Assembly: GCF_001194135.2 (NCBI RefSeq)
Contig: NC_068989.1
Coordinates: 19,191,644-19,255,643 of the forward strand
Source of the DNA: Octopus bimaculoides
Taxonomy: Eukaryota
Length of the DNA stretch: 64,000 nucleotides
Direction of reading: 5' to 3'
The notes under the pieces are model-generated. The model was not told the origin of the DNA, made no database searches, and saw nothing but the letters and a program-made list of their open reading frames with translations. The translations under genes were made by a program, and so were the position numbers. Below are positions 42,231 to 54,730 of the stretch, piece after piece (the first letter of the stretch is position 1; every line of letters starts with the position of its first letter).

Positions 42231-44376
42231 CCTAACATCATCAAACATAATCTATCTATCTATCTATTAATGTAATATAAAGCTGAAGCAAATCAACACC
42301 AAATATATAGTGCGTGTGTTTTTATTGGCTAAACTGGCAACATGACCATCCCCAAATACAACAATNNNNNNNNNNNNNNNNNNNNNNNNNNNNNNNNNNN
42401 NNNNNNNNNNNNNNNNNNNNNNNNNNNNNNNNNNNNATATATATATATATATATATATAAGAAACGAACGAAAGAAAGTAGTCAAGATATTTGGTTGGAA
42501 TTAATGGTTTGGCTTTTGGTACAGTTTGTCATATTTGTGCACATGTAAGGATATATGTTGTTATATTCCATATGTGAGAGCTTACTGTATTCATAATGAG
42601 GGAAGAGTTTATGAATTTCTTTCTTTACCATTTTTTCTAACTTTCTCCTTCATTACTCATATTATACTGTTCCGTCAGTTTTTACTTACATATTCATTGT
42701 ATGTGCAGCTGCTAAAATTTCTTTCAATACTAATTCATCAAAGAATAACTCCAAACCATTCTTGTATTAAAATTTTGTTACCTGAATGATAACATGAGAT
42801 TTCAGCAGGAACAGTTTCAATATAGTTTTAGAAGAGAACATCTTTATAACCATTTATTATTAATGAGCCAACAACATAACCTTTATGTAGATACTTGATC
42901 AGCTAGAATTAACACATAAATCTCCCAACTTTTAATAATGTGTTCTTAGCTAAAATGTCAGGACAAGAAAATAGTTTAAAAAAAAAAAAGAAAAAAGAAG
43001 GAAAAAAGTGGAATGGTATGACTGGATTACCTTTCATCATAGGTCTACTGGATCAATGTTAACTAATGACAATCTATTAATACTTTAAAATGTGTGTGTA
43101 GTTTAAGAAGCTCAGTTTGCAACCGTATGGTTTTGAGTTCATTTCCACTGTGCTGTACCTTGGGAAAGTGTTGGTGAATTTGGTTGATGGAAATTGTGTG
43201 GAAGCCTACTGTATGTATGTGTGTTCCCTCCACTGCTTGGTTTGTTTACATCCTGATAACTTAATAGTTCTGCATAAAAGACTAGCAGAGTAAGTACCAA
43301 ATTTGTTTGACTAAAACCCTTCATGTTGGTGTGCCAATATGGCTGCAGTTCAGTGAGCAAAACAAGTAAAAAAAAAATAAGATAAATGAACTAAATCCAT
43401 AATCCCCTTAAAATTCTTAATTATTTTGAAACTTACTGGCAGTGTATTTCTTGATAGAAACAGGAACTTAAAAAGGAAGTTGTATACTACAATTGTAATG
43501 TTGAATTCTGAAGTTTCTCTCTTCTTGGTGTGTATCCATACTAAACTGTGAGTGACAGTGAATAGCCCGAGCATAGATAATTTGATCACGAGAGAAACAT
43601 TAAGTTGTTAAACCATTTACCATTGTGGGATAATACTGTACAAAATGTTTAAGCATAACAATGACATTTGATGACAAATTTTCTTCCTTAGTTATTATAT
43701 CTCCAGAGGGCTAAACAGTAAATAAATGACTTGACAAACTCTCATAGCCAACAACTACCAAATACTAATAATGGCTTAGAAGCTTGTTGGTCGCACTGAT
43801 CTGACATATACTGCTTACACATTCCACTACTGTTCTTTGTTGCTAGCATTTACACACCCTTCTCTCTCAAAATGCCTTCCTGTGTTAGATCACACTGCCC
43901 TATAGAAATGTCTGTAATGAGGTTATTATTAATGCATTGTTTGAGTGCACTTCTGGTATTTCTGACCTCTTCAATGCCAAGAGGGGAGAGAGAGAAAGAA
44001 AAAGAAAAAGAAAAAAAAAAAGAAATTTCGGGGGGGGGGGCATTATCTTGACTTCTAAGAGGAAATGATTGTTGTTCACTTTGTATTGTTAGAGCAGCCC
44101 TTTGTTGTTTTCCTCCTATCCTACAATCCTTTTTGTTGTACCCAGTAATATCTCATACTCCCATTATTGCCAGTAATGTCCCTTGCTTATAAGGTTTCTT
44201 TTAAACCAGAATGTACATCACTGACTTAATGCTACTGGACCACAAAAGAGACATGAGACTCACATAACTTTTATCTCAAAACCTTACAAATATTTACAAT
44301 TTATATTTCAAGCCTTGTACATTTTTTTTACCTTTAGGTTTTATTATCCATTGTCCACTTTACAGTTTTGACACTT

Positions 44377-44411
<35 letters not shown>

Positions 44412-45548
44412 TTAATGTCCACTTTCCATGCTGGCATGGGTTAGATCATTTGGCTGGAACTGGTAAGCTGGAGAGCTGCTCCAGGTTTCAATCTGATTTG
44501 ACATGGTTTCTATAGCTGGATACCCTTCCTAATGCCAACCACTCTCAGAGTGTAATGGGTGCTTTTTCATTGCCACCGGCACAGGTGCCATTTATATGAC
44601 ACCAGTAACAGCCATGGCTGCGATTCACGGGTGCCATTTACATGACACTGGCAACAATCACAACTATAGTTTCACTTGGTTTGATGAGTCTCTCAAGCAC
44701 AGCATATCACCAAGGCCTTGGTCACTTGTCATCACTTTTATGAGGCTCAACATTCAAAGATCATTGTTATTAAAAATCAAATTTTGTTATCAAAGAAATA
44801 CTAACTATAAAGTTAAGGCACTGAATTATTGATCATATGGTCATAGGTTCAAATCTTACTCCTTTGTTAGCTCATTCATACCTTTGTGTAATATCTCTGT
44901 CATTCCATTACTGTTATTATATTGACATTGGTGAAGACATAGCATACGCCACATCAGAAACTTTAGTCTACTTGTTGTCAGAATATTTTCTCAATGACTC
45001 AATCATAGAAATATTTCCAGATACCATCAATGCTATCTTTCTTCCATCCCATATTATTTACCCGCCTTGAGATTGTCGCTAAGATTAAGAATTTGTCACG
45101 ACTTCCCTCCAAAATTGTGATATCTCCACATATTTTCAATACCACCCCCATAAAAATAGTAATAATAATTATAATAATAATGATAATGATAGTGATGGGT
45201 GTTTGAAGTTGTAATACAGTTATGTCAATTCTTCATTATGTATCAATCGTACATCATTCTGATGTTCATCTATCTGTGTATCTAGGCAGTGACTATGTTT
45301 CTATGATCACAGCTGACATCAGCAGTGATATAAAACACAAGTTTTTTTGTTAAACTTTGTAATGTTTATTTAACTTTTTAACAGCTGAGTATTTCATTAA
45401 GAAGAAAATAGTTTCATCAAAAATATATACATGTATTCACACAAACACTGTCTTACACATACAAATGCTCTCTTGCTTACATAAACTCTGTTGCACACAC
45501 TAACCCTCTCTTACTTACACATACATGCTCTCTCTATCTCTCTCTCTC

Positions 45549-45581
<33 letters not shown>

Positions 45582-46839
45582 TACTCACACAAGCAACCTC
45601 TTTCTTACACATTAATATATACATACTCTCTCTCAATTACAAACATTTTCAAACTTTCATTTACACAGATAAACACACACTTGTACATACAAACACTTTT
45701 GCACCTACACAACCTCTCTCTTAGCTACTCTCTCTCTCTCATACTCTCTTATTCATATAAACAAATCTTACATACAAACTCTCTCACTCGCGCATACAAG
45801 TGCTCTCTCTCTTATTTACATGAACAAACTCTCTTTTATATTGCAAGTATTGCTCACATAGTTGAGATGGTGCAGATGTAACACACAGACATTTTTTAAA
45901 TTTCCACAAACTATACCCAAAATAATAGGCTGTGTGGACAATTTACAAAGATTCAGTTATCAACACATTACAATCACAGGCATACTTTTGTTGCTCTTTT
46001 CATTTTCTTTCACTACTACAACAGCTCATAATCTTAAGCAAATTGCGTACATCTGATGCATTCCGTCCTTCTTCTGCCATTTCTATTTTCTTTCTCCAGC
46101 CAAACTCTGCACTTGACATTTCTTTGGGAGGTAGGCTTAATTCATTACCCAGTTTAATATTTTCACGTGGCCCATGTTTTCCTTTAGCAGAATCCACTCA
46201 ACCATTCATCCCAGACTTCCTCCCACCAACCTTGGAAACCCTGAGAAAGTAGTCATGAATGCGGCCCTTTCCCCTCTAATGTATTTATTTCTCTAGTAGC
46301 CTCTTTCTACCCATTTAAACATCAACTTATAGAAGTTCAAGGTAAGCATTGACCATATTGATACATCCTGAAGGTCAGGGACATTAATGGTTGTAAAGGT
46401 CTTGGTGTCTACCTTCCCTTATTTTCAAAATCTACCAAATAACATTAAAAAGAAGACAGTAATTTTTTATTAATTCCCCTCTGTTGAAATAGCTACCTTC
46501 AGGGAGAGGAAATTTGGGGATACAGAAGTAGCTTTAATCCTTTTGATACCAGCCTGTCAAAGGCCACCTGTGGCCCTATGACGCAAACTTCCTGTTTTAA
46601 AGTAATATAAATTAAAATTTCATGTTAATTTATGTTCCAAACACCAGATAAATAATGATAGTTATCTTAGTAAATTCTTAATTTATTTTCAAAATTAATT
46701 GAAACAAAGGCAGCATATTTCAAAAGAAATATGGTAACAAAAATATTTAAGAAATAAGAGGAGACTACATTTTCTAGCTCCTTGGCCAGTCTGACATTGA
46801 ATGTCACTGTGGCATTGGTTTTGAATATCAAAGAGGAAG

Positions 46840-47130
46840 TCTGCATTAGAAAAAAAAGGAACTGAATACTTTATTGGATGAAGAGGTTCTTGAGCAACTA
46901 GAAACTGTATCTATGGACCCAAGTCTGGTACATCACTTCTGCATCAACAGCAAAAGGTTCTTAAAGAACAGGAAATACCAGTGGATGCTTTTCTATGCAC
47001 CTGCAGGGGTGGGGCACTGTTTCACACCACATACAACACCAAATTAGATATGAAAATTCTGACAACAAAATTCATCTTGTGGAAAATCAAATATCAAAAC
47101 AGATGGAAGATTGCTGAATATGTTTTTGCT
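46840..47130 (+). mobile_element. Possible internally deleted mariner transposase remnant
   Basis: KELNTLLDEE..EQLE resembles the Mos1-type ELQALLDED..QLE, and LFHTTYNTKL resembles LPHPPYSPDL; weak. Confidence 0.25.
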
Positions 47131-48328
47131 AATTCCAACCCTCTTACACACACACACATGCACACCCTGTGTGTCAGCTTTGCTTTCGCGACATCAACAT
47201 CTATACCTCCCACCCTGTCAATATATTGCTTATATACACATAAACATTTTCACCTACTACTTTCAGCCTTCTTTTTTTATAGATATCTTCTCGATAAGTC
47301 TTATAAGGTGACTGTCAAACACCCAAAATATTTGCAACTATAGCATCTTAAAATGTTGTCTCTCACTCTCCAAAGAGGAGAAAGTGTTCAAAATATTTTC
47401 ACTCCACATATAAATAAGTTAATTTAATATACTTATTCTCTGTATGTGTTTTATCATGTTTTGAACATCTGCTCCTGTATCTCACACTACATTTCTAATA
47501 TATTACAAGTTCCAAGAACTAAAGCATATCACCTTCCAATATGTCGATCACACATTTGTTCTTCTGTATATATATTTATATGTCTGTGTTGTCTCTGCAT
47601 TTACAGTTTGAGTTCAGTTGTGGATGAATGATTAACACAGTTGCTTCAGAATCCACGAGATTTCAAATTTCATTGAGGAAGTACGTTTTGCCACAACCTC
47701 AGACCAACCTGAATCTCGTGAGTGAAATTGGATGCATGAAAGCTATATGGAAGCCTATTGAATTGGGAGTATCTGTAATTCACAGGGCCAGCTTTGTCAC
47801 ACAATGTGACACATCAATTCTGTCTGAGGATGATATTCACTCTTTTGTTAGCTTATTTCTGTTAAAATACACTGCCTTTGTTGCCATTGGTTTTGCAAAT
47901 AATGAAGAATTTAATGAAATAACTGTCATTATTTAGCTAATGTTTGGAACATAGCATGATTTTAATGAAAGGTTTTAATTTAGATCACTTTAAACAGGAT
48001 GTTTGTATCAAAGGATCAAGGACAATCTCAAGTGAGTTGGTGTCAAAAGGGTAAAAGATATAACAGGTGGTTATAGTGATTATCATTGATACCTGTGCAA
48101 CATCCACTTTACAAATTGAAAGGGTGGACTGATTTTACACATGTGTAAAATGTAAGCTGAAGGATGCTTTAGCACATGCCAACATTCACATCATTGGATT
48201 ATATTTACAATGTTCGATTGAATCATGGCTCATTACAGATGCAATTTGTAATGGCTTTCCTGAAGGATAGGCATCCGACCACCAGGGCAGACCCCTTGCT
48301 TTTTCTTTCCCTTGTTTTTGGCTTCCAC

Positions 48329-49657
48329 TTACCTGGTGCCAAACATTCCCAGCTTCCTCGCCACAGGCTTCCATCGTCTCATGAATCTGTCTCGTGACAG
48401 ATACCTCTTCTCCAGCCTGATTTTACTACTGAGGTGGTAACAAAAAAAGTTTACTAACCCCTGGCCAGATACAAAGGTATCCGTCACTATGCCTCTTACA
48501 CGCGTCTTCCATACTGTTTCTTTCAGTATGGCTACTACGCAGGAAATGCAAACCTTCCTTTCCCTGTTGAGGGAAGGAGGCGGCACAATCTCGATGATAG
48601 ATTCAGCTGATAGCTGTACTCTTCCCATCGATGACAACAGTTGTTCTGCGAAAACTATCAGTCTCGTTAATTCCGGACATTCCATGAATGCGTGCAAGAC
48701 GGTTTCCCTGTCCCGGCCGCACCTCGGACATGCCAGCAATATGGCACTTCCGTGCCTTGACAGTTTATCACGAACAGGTAACGCTGCATGGAGGCACTGC
48801 CAAGCCAGGGATTTCTGGTAATTGTCCAGATACCCCGGCCCGAAAATTCTTCAGGTCAACTGATTTTCATCGTAGCCCAGGGTCTTCCCCAAGGCGTCTT
48901 CAGACCTAAATCCCACTAACCCGCTATAAAAATCTGCGGTGGAACTCCTGTTGCCGGCATTGCCCGCCCGAGAGAGTAGCTGAAGTGCCTGTTGGCACTC
49001 CAATTGCCAGTCTCCCAGTCTAGGTCTCTGCTTGATCCAATTACTAATGTCCGTTAAGGACGTTAATTGCGGAAGGTAGAAACGAACGTGCGGTGACCAC
49101 ACCTGCTCTCCATCCAGGTAAAGCCAAAGGTGCCTCAACCTTAATGTGAATTTTCGCATCCTCAGCCAAGGCATCCCTACCCCACCCTTTAGCGGTTTCT
49201 GGCAGCAGACAGAGCGCTTCACGAGTGGCTTTCCTCCCTTCCACAAAAAGTGGAAATGGATTCTTTCCAACTTGTTCAGCCACAAATCGGGGCAAGGCAC
49301 CACGGTCAGACGGTAGGTGATAACCGATGCTATAAACATCTCCACCACCTCCGCCTTTCCTAGCAAGGATAACTCCCGCCCAGACCAGGTCTGGGTTAGA
49401 GCAGTCACCCTGCTGGTCACCTCGCTCCAATTTTTCTCTATCTGGAGGCCTGGCCCAAACCAGACTCCAAGCAACTTAACAGGATCTTCCGTCCAATGCC
49501 CCATGGCGTTATTGGACGGCATCAGCTTGCCCCTCCAGGTGCCGAGTTGCAAACCGATCGACTTGTCCTTGTTAACTTTTGCTCCTGCTACCGCCTCGTA
49601 ACTTTTGATAGCCTCTTCCACCACTGGAAACTGGCCCTCATCCGTCACGCTGATGGT
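48329..49657 (-). pseudogene. 5'-truncated Tx1/L1-clade LINE ORF2: RT thumb region to the C-terminal CCHC zinc knuckle
   Basis: Track ORFs 48851-49699 and 48329-48739 are in the same frame, separated by one TGA at 48851-53. Motifs: YEAVAGAKVNKDKS, VKLLGVWFG, W..RELSLLGKAEV, FLWKG, GGVGMP, LAW..LHAALP, CPRC...ETVLHAFMECP. Confidence 0.93.
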
Positions 49658-49692
49658 GAGCAAGCTACTTACCACACAGCCACTCCTATGCC
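49654..49692 (-). mobile_element. Isolated family A SINE head (A box only) fused to the Tx1 fragment
   Basis: Minus strand GGCATAGGAGTGGCTGTGTGGTAAGTAGCTTGCTCACCA switches directly into LINE sequence TCAGCGTGACGG. Confidence 0.88.
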
Positions 49693-50045
49693 TATACAAA
49701 TAATTATTTTATAAAATGAAGTGTTTTGCTTCAGATGAAATGATTCTAGCTGTTAATATTTCCGTACCTTATCCACTCTTCCATCCTGCGCCTACCCATC
49801 ATTGATAAAACTTAGAAGTTACATAACAAAGCTAAACAGTTAAGTAGACCAAAGCTATTCCAGCCATGCCCGTCCTGTTTCATTTTTCTTCCAAGGAAAA
49901 GGTGTGCATTGGACTGCATTATTCAATGTGGGTTTGGTTTGGAGGAGATTAGGCTACTATTTCTAGCAGGCTGATTGACCATACAGATGCTCTCTCACAG
50001 ATGATGAGGTGTCATAGTCCATTCAACATCAAGGCATTGTTGTGC

Positions 50046-50077
<32 letters not shown>

Positions 50078-50543
50078 GGGTGAGGAGGGCAGAAGAGATG
50101 TTGAATGGAGTTTAGATTTGACTTGAGGGATGAGAACATTACAAACAGTTGTGACAGCTTCAAGAGAATATCCTTGACATAGAACAAACAACAGAACCTT
50201 TCATATTTTTGACCCAAAGAAGGTTCTTCACAGTTCTGTGTTCTGTAGTTTCATGGGGCAAGGCATGGCCCCTATATACATTTTTAGCATAATAACATAA
50301 ACGAAGGCGGGGTGGGGCACTTGAATAAACACACACACACACACACACACACATAAACAGTGGTGTATATATGTTATTATTGCTAAGTAATTTTACAAAT
50401 GTTTTTGCCATAATTACCTTTGTACTCGATATTATTATTAACAATTACAACAACAACAACAATGATAATAATAATCATAATTTGTGAAATTATTGCTTTG
50501 TACTTTTTTCCTTGATCATTTGGAATTGAAGGCAAAGGTCTAT

Positions 50544-50574
<31 letters not shown>

Positions 50575-50883
50575 TTTTATTTGTGTCTGTGTGTCCTTAC
50601 AAACACACAGAAGGCAATAGTAGAATGGCAGATGGAGCAGGTGACTGAGTGGGTGTGATATGGGGTAATTTAGCTCTTCTTTTATAATTCTTGCAAAAAT
50701 TATTTTGTATAATTAACTTCATTATAATTTGTTATTGCTGTTCTTTCATTCTTTCATCAGAAGAGTTTCCAGTGTGATTAGCAATAGTAATGGTGGTGGT
50801 AGTGGTTTATATTTGTTAAAGTACAGTTATTAATTGCTACTCAACATGTGTCTGAAATTAGTGGTGCTCCCCCCCCCTCCATT

Positions 50884-51696
50884 NNNNNNNNNNNNNNNNN
50901 NNNNNNNNNNNNNNNNNNNNNNNNNNNNNNNNNNNNNNNNNNNNNNNNNNNNNNNNNNNNNNNNNNNNNNNNNNNNNNNNNNNNNNNNNNNNNNNNNNNN
51001 NNNNNNNNNNNNNNNNNNNNNNNNNNNNNNNNNNNNNNNNNNNNNNNNNNNNNNNNNNNNNNNNNNNNNNNNNNNNNNNNNNNNNNNNNNNNNNNNNNNN
51101 NNNNNNNNNNNNNNNNNNNNNNNNNNNNNNNNNNNNNNNNNNNNNNNNNNNNNNNNNNNNNNNNNNNNNNNNNNNNNNNNNNNNNNNNNNNNNNNNNNNN
51201 NNNNNNNNNNNNNNNNNNNNNNNNNNNNNNNNNNNNNNNNNNNNNNNNNNNNNNNNNNNNNNNNNNNNNNNNNNNNNNNNNNNNNNNNNNNNNNNNNNNN
51301 NNNNNNNNNNNNNNNNNNNNNNNNNNNNNNNNNNNNNNNNNNNNNNNNNNNNNNNNNNNNNNNNNNNNNNNNNNNNNNNNNNNNNNNNNNNNNNNNNNNN
51401 NNNNNNNNNNNNNNNNNNNNNNNNNNNNNNNNNNNNNNNNNNNNNNNNNNNNNNNNNNNNNNNNNNNNNNNNNNNNNNNNNNNNNNNNNNNNNNNNNNNN
51501 NNNNNNNNNNNNNNNNNNNNNNNNNNNNNNNNNNNNNNNNNNNNNNNNNNNNNNNNNNNNNNNNNNNNNNNNNNNNNNNNNNNNNNNNNNNNNNNNNNNN
51601 NNNNNNNNNNNNNNNNNNNNNNNNNNNNNNNNNNNNNNNNNNNNNNNNNNNNNNNNNNNNNNNNNNNNNNNNNNNNNNNNNNNNNNNNNNNNNNNN
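50884..51696. other. Assembly gap (largest of eight)
   Basis: N runs at 15032-15138, 23207-23281, 28745-29026, 34711-35073, 42366-42436, 50884-51696, 57607-57631 and 60578-61190, mostly bordered by microsatellites or young repeats. Confidence 0.99.
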
Positions 51697-52569
51697 GAGA
51701 GAGAGAGAGAGAGAGAGAGTCAAAATGAGAAACATTGAGAAGGGATAAGTGGGAAATAGGACTTTCGTGCAGGGGTTATCAACCATTTTTTTTTTTTGGA
51801 CTCCTTTGATTACTATTTGATTCTGGTAGATTCCCATAGCCATCCAATTTTGTTTTTCAACCCGTGTAAGTTGAACTATGTAAAACATTGGAGAAAGAAA
51901 CTTAGCTGTCTCTTGCAATACATACCAATGCATACATCTAACTCAAAATTTTGTTCAGGGGCCCTTAAAATACTATTGTAGATCCCCAATTTACTGTTTT
52001 GTTGTTTGGATCCCCAAAAATCTTATATGGATCCTCAGGGCCATATAGACCCCAGATATGAACCACTGCATTAATGGATATTTGGCAGCATTGTGTTTTG
52101 CATGCACCTCTGATTTGGCTTGAAGTGTTGCTTGCATATTAGGACTTTGGTCATTCTTTTATCTGCTTCATATTGGTACAAAGACATTGTTTTCCATTGC
52201 TGGTGACAGAGAGGTAAAGGAATTCCTGTTTTACCATGAATAGCTTGGTGTCAAGTGAGCAAACTGGTGCTAATAAAGGATTGTTGGAGTTTGTCTCTTT
52301 TGTTCAGAGCATGTGGCAGCCCATGCACTGAGTTTTTGGTCCTTAACCTATCAAATGAATTTGATGGGTAATAGTAACATGAAAGCATCCTATTAGCTGG
52401 GCCAATTCTCTTGTGGATTGGTACAGATCTGTGTGGATGAGCTCATTCAATTGATTCTCATTGAACTGAATTGAGACTATAGTAGAAGACACTTGCCCAA
52501 GGTACCACACTGTGGAACTGAAGCAAACTTCTTACCATACAGCCATGCCTATATATATATATATATATA

Positions 52570-52872
52570 AATTGTAAATCCAAAAAATAACAACAAAACT
52601 ACAAAGGATTCCGCGGTACACGTGTTTCAAGCTTTATATGTGTATAATTTACAATGTAAAGCTATCCTCAGCCGCAAAATTATTTCTCTCCCAGGAAATT
52701 ATACCACCTCGGCATTCAAGTAGGAAGAAAGGTGTGATGTAAGAGGTGAAGATCCTTTCGGTATTCTGTATAGTACTATACCTCGTATAATTCTCCACCC
52801 AGACATAATCTCTATATATATATCAGGAGAAAAGGGATTAAAAATCCAGGTAAATATGTTTTAAGCACTCTT
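52570..52872 (-). mobile_element. Putative Penelope-like LTR / non-autonomous fragment carrying a hammerhead, next to (TA)n
   Basis: Contains the hammerhead at 52608-52680, a T-rich tail and a (TA)10 flank. The Penelope assignment rests on the known association of minimal hammerheads with PLEs; no RT or GIY-YIG sequence is visible. The 5' boundary is approximate. Confidence 0.5.
52608..52680 (-). ncRNA. Type I hammerhead ribozyme with minimal palindromic helix III
   Basis: Minus strand: ATTTTGCGG-CTGAGGA-T-AGCTTTA-(loop)-TAAAGCT-T-GAAA-CACGTG-TA-CCGCGGAAT. Helix I is 9 bp (2 G.U) and helix II is 7 bp. The full core is present with a GUA cleavage triplet (cut after 52617). One defect: a U.U pair at the base of helix II. 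Confidence 0.8.
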
Positions 52873-53504
52873 AAAGGAGTCAAACTTGGCTAAACAAATT
52901 TGTCAGTGAAAATCCTTCATTTCTACATAGCCCATAAAATTCCACTGCCTGTCCATGTGTGTTTGTGCATACCCATATCTTGATATCATGTGATGGGTAC
53001 AAACAAGCATCATCATCATACAAGTAATGCTGTTCATTCCCAGTCTTCCATGAAAAACATGTCTGACCATGGAGAAATATAATCATTCTTGTAAACAAAT
53101 GAGGGTTGACAACAGGAAGACCATTTGGCTTTAGAAAAATTTGCCTCAACAAATTTTGTCTGATGCATGCAAGTGTGAAAAAGTGGACTTTATATGGTGA
53201 TAATGCTGACAGTCTAGTAAGAAATAGGAGATGCTCATTTACATTTAAGCAATACACCTAACGCCAACCATCTTGGAGTGGTTGGCGTTAGGAAGGGCAT
53301 CCAGTTGTAGAAACTCTGCCAAATCAGATTGGAGCCTGGTGTAACCATCTGGTTCACCAGTCCTCAGTCAAATCGTCCAACCCATGCTAGCATGGAAAGC
53401 GGATGTTAAACGATGACGATGATGACAATGATGATCAATGTGTTGTTCAAATAGTTGCTCAGACTGTTATCTTCAACGCAACATCAAATGTGTTGCCCAA
53501 ATAA

Positions 53505-53558
53505 CTGCTCAAACTGTTATTGTCTTTCATATATGAAATAAGATAACAGTTTGAGCAG
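53505..53558. repeat. 54-nt near-perfect hairpin
   Basis: CTGCTCAAACTGTTAT (53505-20) pairs perfectly with ATAACAGTTTGAGCAG (53543-58), with an inner TTTCAT-AT-ATGAAA. Confidence 0.9.
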
Positions 53559-54073
53559 CCAGTACCCTTTCATATACCCTTTATTTCTACCACAGTGGTT
53601 TGTTTAAATATAAGCATGTTTTATCTATTTAATAAATAGATTGTTAAACACATATAAACATAAAAGTTAATCTTATTTCAATCCTGTCTGAATCGTCTCT
53701 CAGCTTTCAATACATTGAATATAATACAACCCCAGTGTTATACAATCTGCCCTCTTAAGTGCAAAATGTTTAGCTATTTTTCAGGAAGAAAGATTATTTT
53801 ACTTGTAGGGGGAAGGCTATTGTACTTTTTTGTTTTTTTCACCTGAAGTCATAACACTTCATTGTTGTGATCTCTGGTAAAGTTTCTTTTCCAATTACAA
53901 ACACTTACACTGATTGCTAATATTTACATATTTACTTCTAAAGAGCTTAAACAGAGCCCATTGCTCTTTGAGGCCCTCATGAAGTAAAGAATAACAAAGC
54001 TGAGAGATTAATTAATTCAACAGGTTTCTGCACACACACAGCCAGCTAGCATTAGTTTATGCAATAGATATCA

Positions 54074-54132
<59 letters not shown>

Positions 54133-54730
54133 ATGTATGTATAAAAGTTAATTTAATCAACTTCTGTGTGTATTAGCTCCAAATTCTAAATATGTCTTTA
54201 GTTTCTTTACAGATTGTTTAGAAAATAAAAATTAAAATATTAAAAAAAGATACAAAAATACAAATATATATAATAATTATGATTAAATGGGGTTTTTATT
54301 TTTTCTATGCTAATGCAGGCTAGCATTGGATGGATCCAACTTCTGCTGCTGTATATTCTGCCTGGTTGATAAATCATAGACTAGCAATTTTAAGAACTAC
54401 ATAACAAGTAAACAAACAAAAATAAATAAATATGTGAATTCTATGCAGCTTTTTCTTTATAATTCTTTAATTTCAGATTTAAATTTGTAATCCCACCAAA
54501 TGTTATAAAGAAATGATTTTCTCCCTTGCAACCACTAGGGGAACCATGTGTGTTTGAAATATAATATTTTTAACAATTTGGGTGTGGTAGACATAAAAGT
54601 GTCACTCTTGGCAGAATCTAGTCTGTAAACATTCAAACCAGCTTTCAAGTCTGTAAATATCTTCCTCCCTTTATCTAGGGGACTGTGAAAATGTTCAGGG
54701 CACTGCACATTCCCTGTTGGAAAAAAAAAC

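Noticed and set aside
48851-49699. 282-aa ORF as an intact host gene starting at MYRHRSG
   Set aside because: The first 14 codons come from the SINE head and flank; the remainder is truncated Tx1 ORF2 lacking the endonuclease and most of the RT.
50830-51933. Long ORFs of 220-370 aa here and at 28621, 34590 and 60362
   Set aside because: They are open only because they run through N gaps.
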